DNA of 64,000 bases, taken from contig CAWJCS010000003.1 of assembly GCA_963841435.1 (NCBI GenBank), positions 896,001 to 960,000 of the forward strand. Reading direction: 5' to 3'. Below, piece after piece: positions 30,654-39,929 of the stretch. The DNA is from an uncultured delta proteobacterium (GTDB lineage: Bacteria; Myxococcota_A; Polyangia; Polyangiales; Polyangiaceae). Position 1 is the first letter of the stretch. Each line of letters starts with the position of its first letter. The position numbers and the translations under genes are program-made. The notes beneath the pieces are model-generated. The model had not been told where the DNA came from. It was given only the letters and a program-made list of their open reading frames with translations, and did not search any database.

Positions 30654-30702
30654 ATTCGGCGCGCAACTTGACGTTGGTAGTCACGCAGAGGAAGAAACGG
30701 GG

Positions 30703-31203
30703 GTGAAGAGCGGTGGCTCGAAGTCCAGCCTCGGGCGGCCGGCTCGGTCGCCCGACGCCGCGAGGCTTCGGACCGACCTCGACGACTTCATGGCCAAGCG
30801 GGGCCTGCGTTCGACGGGTCAGCGCCGGCTCATCATCGACACCCTCTTCGCGGCCCACGAGCACGTCACGATCGACGGCCTGCTCGAGCAGGTGCGCACC
30901 GTGGACCCGGGCATCGGCTACGCCACCGTCTATCGCACGCTCAAGCTCCTCACGGAAAGTGGCGTTGCGCAGGAGCACCACTTCGGCGACGGGCACACGC
31001 GCTACGAGCTTTCCGACGACCAAGCGCACCACGACCACCTCATTTGCATCGAATGCGGCAGCATCACCGAGTTCGAGGAGCCCGCCGTCGAGGAGCTGCA
31101 GGACCGCGTCGCCAAGCGCTACGGCTTCGAGATCCGCGCGCACAAGCACGAGCTTTACGGCGTTTGCTCGAGCTGCCAGGCAAAGTCCGACAAGAAGCGG
31201 TAG
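30703..31203 (+). CDS. fur: Fur family transcriptional regulator
   Basis: ATVYRTLKLL, HHDHLICIECG, LYGVCSSC. Confidence 0.93.
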   Translation: MKSGGSKSSLGRPARSPDAARLRTDLDDFMAKRGLRSTGQRRLIIDTLFAAHEHVTIDGLLEQVRTVDPGIGYATVYRTLKLLTESGVAQEHHFGDGHTRYELSDDQAHHDHLICIECGSITEFEEPAVEELQDRVAKRYGFEIRAHKHELYGVCSSCQAKSDKKR

Positions 31204-31362
31204 CCATGGCAGCTCGGGGGCTGCCCACCCTCGTCCGTGCTCGCCTCGCGGCCGAAAAGCACGCGACCAACGGCGAGCCGCGAGCCTGCGCGCGGCCGGT
31301 CCCTCCCCGGCGCTCGCGGACTCGCACGGGAGGGACTTCGCGGAGCGGCGCGCGGGGGCGGT

Positions 31363-31992
31363 TCAGCGCGAGGGCACGACGATCGTGCGCGTTTCGGTGA
31401 TGACAACGTCGCAAGCGACATCGTGCGGCAAGACCGGTAGCTCGGCGAGCAGCTGAAAATCGTACGCCACGACGACGGCGACGGCGGGCGGGCAAAAATC
31501 GGGAAGAGTCGCGTCGTAAAAGCCGGAGCCGTACCCGAGACGGTGCCCGCCGGGGCTCACGGCGAGAGCCGGAACGACGACGAGGTCGAGCGTCCCGCGC
31601 TCGGCGACCGGCGCCTCGGGTGGCGGCTCGGCGAACTGACTTCCGCGCGGCTCGAGCTCGGCGAGCGACTGCGTCCGACGGATTTCGCTGCGTGTGCCGC
31701 CGCCCGCGCTCGGCGCGACGCCGGGATAGTACACGTCCTTCTCGAGCCCCCTGAGGCGGGCGTCGAGCTCGCGCAGATCGACCTCTCGCCGCTCGAGCAT
31801 CGGAAAGAAGAGCGCCACGCCGCGACTCGTTCGTAGCGCCGGCAGCTCGGAGAGGCGCTCCACGATGCGGGCGCTACGCTCGGCGAGCGCGGCCGCCGGA
31901 TGCGCCGAGCGCAGCGCCCGCATGCGCTGCCGGAGCTGGATCTTGGCGCGCCCGGCAAGCTCCACGTAAAGCCGGGGGTCTAGCGGATCCAT
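31363..31992 (-). CDS. 5-formyltetrahydrofolate cyclo-ligase
   Basis: KIQLRQRMR, LDLVVVPALA, RLGYGSGFYD, PHDVACDVVITE. Confidence 0.92.
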   Translation of the reverse strand: MDPLDPRLYVELAGRAKIQLRQRMRALRSAHPAAALAERSARIVERLSELPALRTSRGVALFFPMLERREVDLRELDARLRGLEKDVYYPGVAPSAGGGTRSEIRRTQSLAELEPRGSQFAEPPPEAPVAERGTLDLVVVPALAVSPGGHRLGYGSGFYDATLPDFCPPAVAVVVAYDFQLLAELPVLPHDVACDVVITETRTIVVPSR

Positions 31993-32064
31993 GCGAGAAG
32001 GACATACCGCGCCTTTCGTTCCGGGGCGAGAGTCGGACGTTCGGGAGCGGTGCTACGGTTCGCC

Positions 32065-34149
32065 GTGCGCGTGTTGGCGGTGGTGCCGGCCTTCCGGGCG
32101 GAGCGGACAATCGCCGCCGTCGTCCGTGAGCTCGGCGTCGCGCTCGGCGCTGAAGCCGGGCCCGTGATCGTCGTTGACGACGGCTCGGACGACGACACCG
32201 CGCGAAATGCCGAAGCGGCCGGCGCGCTCGTCCTTCGCCACGCGAAGAACCTCGGCAAGGGCGAGGCGCTCCGCACGGGCTTCGACCGAGCACTCGTCGA
32301 AGGCGCCGACGCCGCGGTGAGCGTCAACGCCGACGGCCAACACCCGGTCGAGGAGGCCTTGCGCGTCGCCCGCCACCCTGCGAGCCGCGAAACGCTCGTG
32401 CTCGGTGTGCGAAACCTCGCCCGCGACGGCGCGCCGCGCGCGAACCGCTTCTCGAACGCGTTCTCCAACCGCTTCCTCTCCTGGTTCGGCGGTCGAAAGC
32501 TCGCGGACACGCAATGCGGCCTGCGCCGCTACCCGCTGCCCGAAGCCCTCGGGCTCGGCGCCCGAGCCAAAGGCTACGCGTTCGAGTCCGAGCTCCTCTT
32601 GCGTGCCGCGCGGCGCGGACGCCCCATCGCCGAGCTTCCCGTTCGGGTCGTCTACCCGCCCGTCGGCGAGCGCGTCTCGCACTTTCACCCCGTGCGCGAC
32701 CCGGCGCGCATCATCTATCGGGTGCTACAAACCGTGCTCCTCGTGCCGCGCGCCGGGCACTACCTAGGGCGGCTCGCGCTGGGGCTCGCCGTCACGACGC
32801 TCGCCGCCGTGGCTCTTTCACACTGGCTGCTCGCGAGGGTGCTTTCGCCCACGCCCGTCGCCGTCAAGGCGCCCGGCGGCGCCGTCGAGCACGTCTCGGC
32901 GAGCCTCGAGCGCTTCGCGGGCTCCTACGTGCTCCGCCGCGGCGCGCTGCTCCAGGTCGGGCTCGACGGCGACCCCGAGCGCATCGGCTTCGCGCAGGCG
33001 CGCCTCTTGCGCCACGAAATGCTGGAAAACGAGCATGTGCTGCTCGAGCGCTTCGGCGCCGCCGTGCCCTACCGCATCGCGCGGACCGCGCTGCTCGATC
33101 TCGCGCGCCTTCGCTATCGCTCGCTCGATCACGGCTTCTCGCCCGAGCGCCGGCGCGAGATCGCCGCGGGGGCGCTCGGCTTCCAGCCCGACCCCTACGC
33201 CGATTTCGTCCCAACCTACCAGCGCTTCGTCTTCTTGAACGCACTCTACGACATCGCCCTCTCGTTCGAAGACTCGCCGCTCGTCGGTTGCACCACGTTC
33301 GTCTTCCACGGCCCGGCCGAGCCCGAGGGCGGCGCGCTGCTCGCACGGGCCTTCGACATGGAAGTCGACCCGATCTTCAATCGAAAGAAGGCCATCTTCC
33401 TGGTGCGCGAGCCCGGCGCGATCCCGTTCGCGTCCGTAGCGTGGCCCGGCCTCGTCGGCGTCGTGAGCGGGATGAACGTCGAAGGCGTCGCGGTCGTCGT
33501 GCACGGAGGGCGAGCCGGCGAACCGGCGACGCACGGCGAGCCCGTCGTGCATGCCCTGCGTCGAGTGCTCGAGCACGCGCGCACCACGGCCGACGCCGTA
33601 CGGCTCTTCGCCGAGCGTGAGCCGCTCGTCAGCCACCTCGTCGTCGTCGCGGACGCGGCGGGAGACGCGGCCGTCATCGAGCGCGTTCCGGGCCGAAAAC
33701 CCTACGTGCGAAGGCTTCCGCCGCGCGCCGGCGTCACCAACCACTTCGAGGGGCCTTCGCGCAACGACCCCAAGAACCTGCGCGTCATCGCCGAATCGAG
33801 CACGCGCGACCGCCGCGCACGCGCCGACGAGCTCGCCGCCCGCGCCGCGGCTCCCGTGCGCCCCTCGGCGGCGCTCGCCATGCTGCGCGACCGCAGCGGC
33901 CCCGGCGACACGCCCCTGCCGCTCGGCGATCGGCGCGCCATCGACGCCCTGATCGCGACGCACGGCATCATCGCCGACACGCGCACACGCACGCTCTGGG
34001 TGAGCGAGAGCCCGCACCTGCTCGGTCGCTTCGTTGCCTTCGACCTCGAACGCCTGCTCGCCCCGGACTACGCGCCGAACGACGAGGCACTGCCGGCGTT
34101 GCCGGCGGACCCGGACGAGGCGACGCTCGCGCGAGCACGGGCAGAGTGA
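32065..34149 (+). CDS. Fusion of GT2 (DPM1-like) glycosyltransferase, TM helix and C45-family Ntn-hydrolase/acyltransferase
   Basis: VVDDGSDD, NLGKGEAL, NADGQH, DTQCGLR, FESE, SHFHPVRD; then NALYDIA, GCTTF, ARAFD, GVVSGMN, TNHF, ATHGII. Confidence 0.85.
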   Translation: MRVLAVVPAFRAERTIAAVVRELGVALGAEAGPVIVVDDGSDDDTARNAEAAGALVLRHAKNLGKGEALRTGFDRALVEGADAAVSVNADGQHPVEEALRVARHPASRETLVLGVRNLARDGAPRANRFSNAFSNRFLSWFGGRKLADTQCGLRRYPLPEALGLGARAKGYAFESELLLRAARRGRPIAELPVRVVYPPVGERVSHFHPVRDPARIIYRVLQTVLLVPRAGHYLGRLALGLAVTTLAAVALSHWLLARVLSPTPVAVKAPGGAVEHVSASLERFAGSYVLRRGALLQVGLDGDPERIGFAQARLLRHEMLENEHVLLERFGAAVPYRIARTALLDLARLRYRSLDHGFSPERRREIAAGALGFQPDPYADFVPTYQRFVFLNALYDIALSFEDSPLVGCTTFVFHGPAEPEGGALLARAFDMEVDPIFNRKKAIFLVREPGAIPFASVAWPGLVGVVSGMNVEGVAVVVHGGRAGEPATHGEPVVHALRRVLEHARTTADAVRLFAEREPLVSHLVVVADAAGDAAVIERVPGRKPYVRRLPPRAGVTNHFEGPSRNDPKNLRVIAESSTRDRRARADELAARAAAPVRPSAALAMLRDRSGPGDTPLPLGDRRAIDALIATHGIIADTRTRTLWVSESPHLLGRFVAFDLERLLAPDYAPNDEALPALPADPDEATLARARAE

Positions 34150-34168
34150 GTATTTTCGGCTCTGAAAG

Positions 34169-35365
34169 CGTGATCTGGTCGTCCAAGACTCCGAGGTCGT
34201 GGTGGGCGCGGGCTTTGATGGTTTTTTCCTGCTGGTCTTCGCTGAAAGCTCTCGCGACCCTCGCAATCCGCAAGCAAACACGCGCCCGGCCTCGCCGGTT
34301 CCTTTGCTTGGGTGGTGGTCTCTCGAGGCGATCGTGATCTGGTCGTCCAAGACTCCGAGGTCGTGGTGGGCGCGGGCTTTGATGGTTTTTTCCTGCTGGT
34401 CTTCGCTGAAAGCTCTCGCGACCCTCGCAATCCGCAAGCAAACACGCGCCCGGCCTCGCCGGTTCCTTTGCTTGGGTGGTGGTCTCTCGAGGCGATCGTG
34501 ATCTGGTCGTCCAAGACTCCGAGGTCGTGGTGGGCGCGGGCTTTGATGGTTTTTTCCTGCTGGTCTTCGCTGAAAGCTCTCGCGACCCTCGCAATCCGCA
34601 AGCAAACACGCCCCCGGCCTCGCCGGTTCCTTTGCTTGGGTGGTGGTCTCTCGAGGCAATCGTGATCTGGTCGTCCAAGACTCCGAGGTCGTGGTGGGCG
34701 CGGGCTTTGATGGTTTTTTCCTGCTGGTCTTCGCTGAAAGCTCTCGCGACCCTCGCAATCCGCAAGCAAACACGCGCCCGGCCTCGCCGGTTCCTTTGCT
34801 TGGGTGGTGGTCTCTCGAGGCGATCGTGATTTGGTCTTCCAAGACTCCGAGGTCGTGGTGGGCGCGGGCTTTGATGGTTTTTTCCTGCTGGTCTTCGCTG
34901 AAAGCTCTCGCGACCCTCGCAATCCGCAAGCAAACACGCCCCCGGCCTCGCCGGTTCCTTTGCTTGGGTGGTGGTCTCTCGAGGCAATCGTGATTTGGTC
35001 GTCCAAGACTCCGAGGTCGTGGTGGGCGCGGGCTTTGATGGTTTTTTCCTGCTGGTCTTCGCTGAAAGCTCTCGCGACCCTCGCAATCCGCAAGCAAACA
35101 CGCGCCCGGCCTCGCCGGTTCCTTTGCTTGGGTGGTGGTCTCTCGAGGCGATCGTGATCTGGTCTTCCAAGACTCCGAGGTCGTGGTGGGCGCGGGCTTT
35201 GATGGTTTTTTCCTGCTGGTCTTCGCTGAAAGCTCTCGCGACCCTCGCAATCCGCAAGCAAACACGCGCCCGGCCTCGCCGGTTCCTTTGCTTGGGTGGT
35301 GGTCTCTCGAGGCAATCGTGATCTGGTCTTCCAAGACTCCGAGGTCGTGGTGGGCGCGGGCTTTG
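34169..35365. repeat. Tandem array of 164-bp units: 7 complete plus a 49-bp partial copy
   Basis: Units start at 34169, 34333, 34497, 34661, 34825, 34989, 35153 and 35317; only 4 variable sites; no spacers. Confidence 0.97.
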
Positions 35366-35378
35366 CCCGCGCTTGTTT
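35354..35378 (+). terminator. Terminator-like hairpin closing the array
   Basis: GCGCGGGC-TTT-GCCCGCGC followed by TTGTTT. Confidence 0.6.
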
Positions 35379-35429
35379 CGACCTGGTAGGTTTGACGGAT
35401 CCGTGCGGCTGGGACGGCTCCGTCCGGGC

Positions 35430-36528
35430 TCAGCGCTCTAGGCCGATCCAGGCGCCGCCGCAGGCGAGGCCGAGCGCGATGGGCGCCACGGCGAGGGCGA
35501 AGAGCACGCCGATCGGCGCCGCGAGCCACAGCATGCCGACGAGCAGGCCCAGCGTGAGCGCTGCCGCGAGCGCTGGCTCGAGGAGCCCCTGCCCCGAGCT
35601 CGCCCGCGCCACGAGGTACCCGGACAGCGGGAAGGCGGCGAGCACGGCTGCACCGAGCAGCACGAGGGGGCCCGAAGAGCGCACGTCGGCCTCGTCAGCG
35701 AGCGAAAAATCGATCCCCAGCCGATTGCCGGCCACGACCGATGCCGAAACGAGCACGACGACGAGCCCGAGCGTCGCGAACGCGCCGAGCACGATCCAGC
35801 GCAGCATCAGCGGTCGCTCGCGCTGCACGAGCCGCGCGCGAACTTCCTCGATCGACGGCGGCTCGAGCGTGTGCACCGAATGGACCGCACCCTCGCCGCG
35901 CAGCGCCATGAACGTGCCGAGCGCCATGAAGAGCAGCATCGGGGCCGTCACGACGAGAAGCCCGGGCCCGCGTCCCCAGAGGATGTGGTCGTAGAGCCCG
36001 TGCAGCAGCATCGACACGAGCCAGGCCACGGAGAACCAGCGGTCGTGCCGGTGCACCGCGCCGAGCGCATAGCCCCAGACCCCCGCGAAGAACAGCGACG
36101 CAGGAGCGGAGAGCAGGAGGCGCGCGAAGTCAACGGCGTCGCCCGCTGGAAGGGGGAGCAGCATCGCCTCGGCCGCGGAGAACCCCGCAGCAGCCGCCGC
36201 CGCATAGAACAATCCCTGCCGTGGGCTCTCGACGCGCCGCCGACGGTACAGGGTCCAGACGACGAGCACCTTGACGCCCTCCTCGAGCGGCGCCGCGAGG
36301 AGGAAGGTCGCGAGCAAGGCGCCGCTCGCTCCCGAGCGCGTCACCTCGAAGCTTAGCTCCGCGAAGCCGAGCACCCACTGCTCGACCTCGATCGTGAGCG
36401 CCCCCGCGAGCGCGCCCCCCACGGCCACGAGCAACCCCAGCCGACGCGAGAATCCGCGCGCGCCCGCGTGCGCGGAGGTAGATCAGCAACGCAAGCAGCA
36501 GGGGCAGGGCTGCAGCGAAGACCCGCAT
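35430..36528 (-). CDS. PrsW-family intramembrane metalloprotease; +1 frameshift at about 36451
   Basis: APLEEGVK, GFSAAE, LHGLYD; many TM segments; the N-terminus lies in the adjacent frame. Confidence 0.85.
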
Positions 36529-36531
36529 GAT

Positions 36532-37269
36532 TCAGAAATGCAGACCGGCCACGGCCGTCGCGGTGACGCCGAGACCGATGCTGCTGGCGTCCGTGGCCGT
36601 AGGGGTCTCCGCCGAGTGCGAGAGAAAGAGCACGTCGCCCGAGACGTTGGCGCCGAGCGAGAACATGCTCGTGAAGTAGTAGTCGAGGCCGCCGAACAGG
36701 CGCGCGTCGAGCCCCACGGCAGGCTGTTCCTTGAACGGCGTCGGCGAGACGTTGTCCGCCGTGACGCGAACGAAATCGTAGACGCGCGCGTACCCGACGC
36801 CGATCCCTCCGTACGGTTCGAGCGCACCGAACGGGAAGTGGACGGCACCTTCGGCGTCGATCGTCACGTGCTTGAAGGCGTAGGCCGTGCCCCAGCGAAA
36901 GCGCGCACCGAGCGTGAAGAACAAAAGCCGCACGCCGAACGCGGCCCCCGCCGTGAAGCTCGTGGACTTCAACTGGTAGATCCCCTCCTGATTGAAATCC
37001 TTTTCCTTGATGGCTCCGAGCCCGAGGTGCGTCACGCCGACCTCGCCGTTCAACCACACGAACTCGAGCCCGCGCCCGGAGTCCTCCCGGTCCGCCTGTT
37101 GGAGCGTCTGCTCCGGCGTCGGCTCGCCCGAGCCCTCGTTGCCGCCCTGGCTTTCGATCGCGGGCGGCGGTGCGAGGCCGCCCGACGACAGACCCGGATC
37201 GGCCGCTTGAGCGAGCGCCGACGACGAGACGCCCGTGACGAGCAAGAACGGCAAGAGCGCGAAGCGCAT
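36532..37269 (-). CDS. Outer-membrane beta-barrel protein
   Basis: Signal peptide, EPYGGIGVGY, GLDYYF, terminal AGLHF. Confidence 0.75.
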   Translation of the reverse strand: MRFALLPFLLVTGVSSSALAQAADPGLSSGGLAPPPAIESQGGNEGSGEPTPEQTLQQADREDSGRGLEFVWLNGEVGVTHLGLGAIKEKDFNQEGIYQLKSTSFTAGAAFGVRLLFFTLGARFRWGTAYAFKHVTIDAEGAVHFPFGALEPYGGIGVGYARVYDFVRVTADNVSPTPFKEQPAVGLDARLFGGLDYYFTSMFSLGANVSGDVLFLSHSAETPTATDASSIGLGVTATAVAGLHF

Positions 37270-37278
37270 GGCAGAAGC

Positions 37279-38148
37279 TTAGCGGAAGCGGACAGTTTCG
37301 GGAGTCCTCGTGTCGCCGAGCTCCTCGCACACGGCGCGGAGCTCCGGTTTCACGGCGCCAGTCCAGGCGAGATCGTCGGGGGTTTCGTCGAGCGGTACGT
37401 CGAGGCACAGGGTTGCAAGCTCGCGGTAGAGCGCCGCCGCCTCGCGGTGGTCCCTAAGCGACTGGGCGAGTGCCTGCTTGCCCCTGAGCTCGACGCCCCA
37501 GGCGTCCGGGTCGTCCTCGATGCGCTCGAGGGACTCGAAGCGTGCGAGCAGCGTGCTCGCCGCCTTCTTTCCCCAGCGTGGCACCCCGGGGATGCCGTCG
37601 GCGGCGTCACCCACGAGCGCGAGAAAATCCGGGATCGAGCGCGGGCTCACGCCGAACTTGGCGACGACACCGGCCTCGTCGAGGGTCACGTTCTTGTAGC
37701 GATCGTAGAGCACGACGCGACCATCTCGCACGCACTGCGTGAGGTCCTTGTCGGGCGTGCAGAGCAGCACCTGCTCCACGCGCGGATCGGCCGCCGCGCG
37801 GGCCGCGAACGTCGCGAGCGCATCGTCGGCCTCGAACTCGATCATCGACCAGGTGACGATGCCGAGGGCGCGCGTGGCGCGTTCGGCGAGGGGGAACTGT
37901 GAGAACAGCGCGGGGTCGATGCCCTCGCCGGTCTTGTAGCCGCCGAAGAGCCGGTTGCGAAACGATTCGATGACGGTGTCGAATGCCACGGCGACGTGTG
38001 TCACGGCCGCAGACGCCACGAAGCCGGCGAGGCTCCTCAAGAGCACCCGGGACGCTCCCACCTCCTGCCCCCCGGGACCCGCGCTGGCCGGAGCGCCGTA
38101 GAACGCGCGAAAAAGCTCGTAGGTTCCGTCAATCAGGTGGATCCGCAT
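37279..38148 (-). CDS. 5'-3' exonuclease / flap endonuclease (stand-alone PolA N-terminal-like domain)
   Basis: LIDGTYELFRAFY, YK, FEADD, DKDL, LVGDAADGIPGV. Confidence 0.92.
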   Translation of the reverse strand: MRIHLIDGTYELFRAFYGAPASAGPGGQEVGASRVLLRSLAGFVASAAVTHVAVAFDTVIESFRNRLFGGYKTGEGIDPALFSQFPLAERATRALGIVTWSMIEFEADDALATFAARAAADPRVEQVLLCTPDKDLTQCVRDGRVVLYDRYKNVTLDEAGVVAKFGVSPRSIPDFLALVGDAADGIPGVPRWGKKAASTLLARFESLERIEDDPDAWGVELRGKQALAQSLRDHREAAALYRELATLCLDVPLDETPDDLAWTGAVKPELRAVCEELGDTRTPETVRFR

Positions 38149-38235
38149 CGAAACGCCAACACCGCTTGCGTTCCGGGTGTCCTCTTTGGAAGAATGGGGC
38201 CCGCTCTGCCCCTGGGGGCTTCAGTCGAGACTACC

Positions 38236-38544
38236 ATGCGTACCGACAACCGATTGCTCGTTCTTTGCTCCTTGGGCGGACTGCTCACGGCGCTCAGCTG
38301 CACCCTCATCACCGACGTCAACCGTACCAAGATTCCGCTCGATGCCGGCAGCACCGAGGGCGGTCAGCCTGGCAGTGGAGGCACCACCGGTGGAACGAGC
38401 GGTTCCGGCACCGGCGGCTCGACGATGGGCGGCTCGTCGGGCTCGGGCACCGGCGGCACGAACACCCAGGGCGGCATGGGTGGTGAGGGCGGCGACGCCG
38501 GGCTCGGTGGCGAGGGCGGCGACCTCGTGAGCTCGAACAACTAG
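38236..38544 (+). CDS. Small Gly-rich lipoprotein
   Basis: Lipobox ALSC followed by a Gly/Ser/Thr-rich tail. Confidence 0.65.
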   Translation: MRTDNRLLVLCSLGGLLTALSCTLITDVNRTKIPLDAGSTEGGQPGSGGTTGGTSGSGTGGSTMGGSSGSGTGGTNTQGGMGGEGGDAGLGGEGGDLVSSNN

Positions 38545-39179
38545 CGTCGGCTGAGCCTGCGGCACGCGACGGCGAGGAGCCCGAGCGCGCAGAACAGGGC
38601 GCCGTCGAGCTCGCGCGGCAAGCGCGGGCGGGGTGCGATGCTTGCGCCGCATCCGTACTTCGGACAGTGCGCGAGCGAGCCCTCGCCCGGCACGTCGGGA
38701 TCCCGGGCCTGACGAAGCTCGGCTACGTCGGGCAACTGATCCGAGTCGGAGTCGCAGAGCGGCCCTGGCGGCACACCCGCTGGCGGCGGACCGTCGCACG
38801 GGTTCTTCTCGAGGGCCGCAAGCGCGGCCGCGAGGCTCGCCGTGTCTCCAGCGCCGATCTTGGCGATGCCGGCGTCCTTTCCGGCCTGCGAAAGATTCGC
38901 GAGAAACACGCCGTAGCCGAGGGCCCCTTCCGTCCTCGTCTCGACGCCTTCGTCCTTGCGGGTGCTGGCCCCACCCTGCGGGCTCGTGTGGCAGAGCAGG
39001 CACGGCGGGGGGCACGCCGAATAGGCACCCGTCTTCTCGAGATAGTCTTGGATGGCGCCGGGGAAGCTCGGCGACGCCTGGGCGCGCGCGCCCAGCCCGA
39101 GCACACCGAACGCGAGCGTGCAGGCGACGAGCCGCACCAAGCTTCGAGCAGCACACCACGCACCCAATCTCGACCCCAT
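38541..39179 (-). CDS. Secreted monoheme (CxxCH) protein with MYXO-CTERM-like anchor
   Basis: Signal peptide ending AQA; CLLCH; CDSDSDQLPD; YGCGA, hydrophobic stretch, RRLSRR. Confidence 0.8.
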   Translation of the reverse strand: MGSRLGAWCAARSLVRLVACTLAFGVLGLGARAQASPSFPGAIQDYLEKTGAYSACPPPCLLCHTSPQGGASTRKDEGVETRTEGALGYGVFLANLSQAGKDAGIAKIGAGDTASLAAALAALEKNPCDGPPPAGVPPGPLCDSDSDQLPDVAELRQARDPDVPGEGSLAHCPKYGCGASIAPRPRLPRELDGALFCALGLLAVACRRLSRR

Positions 39180-39326
39180 GCTCCCATTCTTCGCACATCG
39201 ACGGGCCGCGCGCTACACGCGCTCCGCGGCCGGCCGTGTCGCGCGGCCTTTTCGCAAGCCTGCCGCGCACGGACGCGCCGGCGACGGGCGCCGGCACCCC
39301 CGCCGCGGTGTGCGCCGGGCGAAGCT

Positions 39327-39929
39327 TCAGCGACGCCGACGGCGTACGACGACCAAGACTCCGACCGCCGCGAACAGCAGCGCGCCGTCGAGCTCGTGCG
39401 GCGAGCGCGGGCTCGGGGCGATGCTCGCCTTCGCTCCGCAGCCGTACTGCGGGCAGTCGACGAGACCACCGGGACCGTCCGGGTTCGTACCAGCGCGGAG
39501 CTCGGCGACGTCAGGAACGCCATCGTGGTCGGAGTCGCACACGTGCCCTGGATCGCTGTAGCAATCCAGGGTTTCGAGTGCCTGCAACGCAGGCCCCACC
39601 GTGGTCTCGTCGGCGTCCCCCAACGGTCCCGGCGGCCGCCTGCCGCGCAGGTCGTAGCCGATGCTCGACTGGTTGCGAATGTTCCGGGTGAAGCCCATGT
39701 CGCGCACGGTGAGGACGCCGCCCTGCGGGCTCGTGTGGCAGAGCAGGCACGCCGGGGGGCACGAGGGCGCCTCTCCGGTCAACGTGAGATAATCCATGAT
39801 CGCTCCCGGGAAGCTCGGCGATGCTTGAGCGGCGACGGGCGTGGCGAGCGCACCGAGCCCGAGCGCGAGGCACAAAAGGCGGGCGCCGAGGGTGCGGGAA
39901 AACGCGAAGGGGGACATCGAGTGGCTCAC
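39327..39929 (-). CDS. Paralogous secreted monoheme (CxxCH) protein with MYXO-CTERM-like anchor
   Basis: AQASPSFPGAI; CLLCHTSPQGG; CDSDHDGVPD; YGCGA, hydrophobic stretch, RRRRR. Confidence 0.8.
   Translation of the reverse strand: MSHSMSPFAFSRTLGARLLCLALGLGALATPVAAQASPSFPGAIMDYLTLTGEAPSCPPACLLCHTSPQGGVLTVRDMGFTRNIRNQSSIGYDLRGRRPPGPLGDADETTVGPALQALETLDCYSDPGHVCDSDHDGVPDVAELRAGTNPDGPGGLVDCPQYGCGAKASIAPSPRSPHELDGALLFAAVGVLVVVRRRRR

Noticed and set aside
34169-35365. CRISPR array
   Set aside because: Units are near-identical over the full 164 bp, with no unique spacers and no cas genes in the window.
32818-35529. 903-aa minus-strand ORF and the repeated 117-aa plus-strand ORFs as real genes
   Set aside because: They arise from the repeat periodicity; the long ORF also overlaps the C45 gene antisense and the end of PrsW. 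No credible start sites.
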